Origin: Thermoleophilia bacterium
GTDB lineage: Bacteria > Actinomycetota > Thermoleophilia > UBA2241
Direction: 5' to 3'
DNA length: 37,036 nucleotides
NCBI GenBank assembly: GCA_052139595.1
Contig: JBKQWK010000052.1
Coordinates: 1-37,036, forward strand
Part shown: positions 34,227 to 37,036 of the stretch, piece after piece
Position numbering within the stretch: the first letter of the stretch is position 1
Layout of the letters: every line of letters starts with the position of its first letter
The notes under the pieces: model-generated
Database searches by the model: none
What the model was told of the DNA's origin: nothing
Seen by the model: only the letters and a program-made list of their open reading frames with translations
Program-made: the position numbers and the translations under genes

Positions 34227-35528
34227 ATGAAAAAATCGCTTCTGACCATCGTCAGTTCGTTGGGTCTTCTCTGCGGACTCGGCATCGTCTTTCCGACTCT
34301 TGCCGTCGCTCAAACAACTGTTGATCAGTATCTACCCAGCGGTTCCATCGGTATCGACGTTAGCTCTGTGAATGGGTTGGCAAGCATCCCCACCACGGCG
34401 AGCTTTGGCATCGTTGGCGTTACCGACGAGAAGGTTTATGCCAACAACAGCTACCTTGCCGCCGAAGCCAGTCAGTTTACGAATCTCAGTTTCTATGTGA
34501 ACACTGGCTTAAATACGAGTTCGACCTCGCCTTACTATCAGACCGCATTGGCGGAGGCGGGCAGTGGAAATGTTGACCAAGCTGCTTACGACTACGGCTA
34601 CAATGCTGGCCTCGCGGCTTTAGCCTATGCCCAATCAGTCGGCGTGAACGTCAACGCGACGTGGTGGCTTGACGTTGAGAGTACCAACACGTGGAACATC
34701 GACACTGGGCAAAATCAGCAGAGCCTGCAGGGCGAGCACGATGCGTTGAGGGCCGGTGGTGCGACCGTAGTTGGTGTCTACTCGACTACAGCACAGTGGG
34801 ATTCCATCACTGGCACTTGGCAGAGCGGCTGGCCGAGTTGGGGAGCCACCACGTGGCAGACGGCCACGCAAGCTCTGACCTACTCGACCGGTCACGAGTT
34901 TACAGGCGGGCCAAGCTATCTCATGCAGTACAGACCAACTGGTGCCGTCATAGATTACGACGTTGCCTGTCTCACCTCGACAGTGGTGACGAGCTTCACA
35001 CCGTCGGCGGGGTCGACAGGTAGCGGCGTTACCGTGACGGGCACAGGTTTCACCGCAGCTAGTGCGGTGAGCTTTGATGGGCACCCGGCCGCCAGCTTCA
35101 CGGTCCGTAGCGCGACGCAGATCATCACGCATGTGCCCAGCGCTGCGACCAGCGGCGCAATTGCCGTTACCACCCCCGGCGGTACAGCAACGAGCACCGC
35201 GCGCTTTACGATCGTCGCAAAGCCGACGTTGACGCTCAAACTAGGTGGTCTGGCGAGCGGCGCTCTGAAGCTCGGCAAGATCCTGACGGCAAGCGGCAAG
35301 GTGACGCCTACCAACCTGGGTGGCAAGGTCACTCTGACCGTGCAGCGCGAGCAGAGTGGTCACTGGCTCGCCGTTACCAGTGTGCTACGCCCGCTCCCGA
35401 CGACTGGCACCTGCAGCTGGGCGTACAAGCCAAGCAGGCGGGCGACCTACCGCATCAAGGCAACGATCGCCAAGACATCCACCCACACGGCGGCCACGAC
35501 GGCGTGGCTTGCGTTTACGGTGAAGTAG
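34227..35528 (+). CDS. Secreted GH25-like/DUF1906-like glycoside hydrolase with IPT/TIG and C-terminal beta domains
   Basis: Signal peptide (AVA-Q); GIDVS, YVNTG, WWLDVE, GVYST, LMQY..DYDVAC; VTSFTPSAGSTGSGVTVTGTGF IPT motif; AAGGAG RBS. Confidence 0.75.
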   Translation: MKKSLLTIVSSLGLLCGLGIVFPTLAVAQTTVDQYLPSGSIGIDVSSVNGLASIPTTASFGIVGVTDEKVYANNSYLAAEASQFTNLSFYVNTGLNTSSTSPYYQTALAEAGSGNVDQAAYDYGYNAGLAALAYAQSVGVNVNATWWLDVESTNTWNIDTGQNQQSLQGEHDALRAGGATVVGVYSTTAQWDSITGTWQSGWPSWGATTWQTATQALTYSTGHEFTGGPSYLMQYRPTGAVIDYDVACLTSTVVTSFTPSAGSTGSGVTVTGTGFTAASAVSFDGHPAASFTVRSATQIITHVPSAATSGAIAVTTPGGTATSTARFTIVAKPTLTLKLGGLASGALKLGKILTASGKVTPTNLGGKVTLTVQREQSGHWLAVTSVLRPLPTTGTCSWAYKPSRRATYRIKATIAKTSTHTAATTAWLAFTVK

Positions 35529-35775
35529 GCGCGGAGGGAGAAGCGCAGAGTCTCGCCACTGGACGCTGTAGATGGCGCATGACACTGGACTCGAGACGCG
35601 CAATCGTCAAAGTTGATGCTTTTCTGGCGACGCTCAATCGGCAGCGGCCTGCCCTGATGATCACAGGTAGTCCGCAAATCGGCTTCAAATCGGCGTACCT
35701 TCTCCGTCGCTCACCGAGTGGTGTCTCCCGGAGCACACGGCCGGCCGTCGTCCGCAGACCCTTCGGCGAACCTGC

Positions 35776-37032
35776 TCAGGCCACCCAGGTGAAGACGACG
35801 AAGCGCGAAGTCAGCCACGTCAGCCCGATCAAAAAGACGCCCACGATCAGCACTCGCAGCACTGGCCGCCGGACCGTGGCGGCGGCCAGGGCCATATACA
35901 GGGGAAAGATCACGAGGGCGAGCCGGGGCAGCGACATGAGCGATTGACCCCGAGCCGGGCTGACAAGGGCAAACAGGAGCGCCAGCAAGGCGTAGACGGT
36001 GTACGCGGCGCTCAGGCGTCGCCAAACGAGGACGATCAGTGCTCCGACGACGATCAGGGTGAGGAAGTTGGCGAGGTTCACGGTGGCGAGGTTTGTCTGC
36101 CACAGCGACGCAGTCAGGTGGGCGAAACTGTCGTGCGTGACAACGTGGATGACTCCCCGGTAGCCTTCTCTGAAACCTCGCCAGAGCGTCACATAGGGCG
36201 CGGTGAACGAGCGGTGCCAATGCTGTTGGGCCCGCTCAAACAGAAGCGGATTGCCGGCGGTGCGCCACAGGTAAGCCATGTAGATGAGAAGTCCCGCCGG
36301 CACCAGCAGGACCGCCAGCAGCCCGGCCCGGGCGCGGCGCCACTGCCAGTCCGCAGCCGCAAGCGCGAAGAGCAACAGAGGAACAGCGAGTATCACGCCG
36401 GTGCTACGGGTCAGTGTTGCAAACAACCCCGCCAGACCGGCCAGGAGCCATTGCCGGCGCTCGGCAAAGAAGAACAGGGCCACCGTGAGCACGAGAAACA
36501 AAGACTCGCTGTAGATCGCCTGAAAGAAGAAGCTCGTTGGCGCCAGAGCCAGGAACACTATTGTCCACAGAGCGGTCCGCGCTCCGAGTAGCCTGACCGT
36601 GAGGTGGTAGAGCAGCAGCGCGGCGGCTAAGAAGCAGATCAGCGAGAGGGCGATCCCGGCCACCGTAGCGCCCCTGCCGCCGCCGCCCAGCAGGTGTATA
36701 AGCAGTGGGTAGAGAGGAAAGAAGGCTTGGCTGAAACGCTGTTGGTAACCGTGCTGAGCGATGGTCAGGAACCAGGCCGCATCACCGTTTGTCCAGCCGT
36801 TGAGCAAGCGGCCGAGTACGCCGTGGTACAGCCCTGAGGACGGTGTGAGCAGAGCGTTGCGTGGCCGGTGGATAGCCAGCGTCGAGCGCGCCAGAACGGC
36901 GATGGCAAAGATGAACAGACGGCTTGCGACGGCGACAGTCAGTGCCCACCAGACTAGGCGGCTGCCCGTCTTATCGGCTTCCTCGGGGCTCTCGTTGCTT
37001 GGCCCAGGGTCCATCTCGCGTTGTCTTCGCAC
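35776..37032 (-). CDS. GT-C mannosyltransferase, PIG-V/GT76-like
   Basis: DAAWFLTIAQHGY, AFFPLYPLL, FFQAIYSESLFL, ATLTRSTG, SLPRLALVIFP; start uncertain near the window edge. Confidence 0.88.
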   Translation of the reverse strand: MRRQREMDPGPSNESPEEADKTGSRLVWWALTVAVASRLFIFAIAVLARSTLAIHRPRNALLTPSSGLYHGVLGRLLNGWTNGDAAWFLTIAQHGYQQRFSQAFFPLYPLLIHLLGGGGRGATVAGIALSLICFLAAALLLYHLTVRLLGARTALWTIVFLALAPTSFFFQAIYSESLFLVLTVALFFFAERRQWLLAGLAGLFATLTRSTGVILAVPLLLFALAAADWQWRRARAGLLAVLLVPAGLLIYMAYLWRTAGNPLLFERAQQHWHRSFTAPYVTLWRGFREGYRGVIHVVTHDSFAHLTASLWQTNLATVNLANFLTLIVVGALIVLVWRRLSAAYTVYALLALLFALVSPARGQSLMSLPRLALVIFPLYMALAAATVRRPVLRVLIVGVFLIGLTWLTSRFVVFTWVA

Positions 37033-37036
37033 GGAC

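Noticed and set aside
1-37036. Intact integron, transposase or anti-phage defence system
   Set aside because: No IntI, full recombinase, transposase or recognisable defence nuclease/NTPase; no complete attC with both R boxes was found by eye.

Overview
High-GC (roughly 65-70% by eye) bacterial DNA whose protein families and promoter style suggest Actinomycetota (inference). The window looks like an accessory, partly decayed region. It holds five ABC exporter loci; four have an adjacent regulator (TetR, OmpR-type two-component system, PadR, GntR/YtrA) and the first is cut by the window edge. It also holds many small stress/detox-type genes (VOC/glyoxalase, RibD/DHFR-like, TIGR03086-like, META, DUF1801, YdeI/OmpD), two GT-C mannosyltransferases, a DsbA, a CapA-type metallophosphoesterase, an orphan solute-binding lipoprotein and a secreted GH25-like/IPT protein. 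At least nine genes are decayed or fragmentary. Signals not explained by the ORF track: (i) three co-oriented C-terminal stubs of the same tyrosine integrase family (about 1.2, 5.0 and 32.6 kb); (ii) a degenerate tRNA-Val 3' end with a nearby 11-bp-period tandem repeat (att relic); (iii) a perfect double-box palindrome defining a small response-regulator regulon; (iv) a 113-nt hairpin next to a low-GC gene. No intact integrase, transposase, tRNA/rRNA gene or CRISPR array was seen. Family calls come from motif recognition only; no database searches were run.
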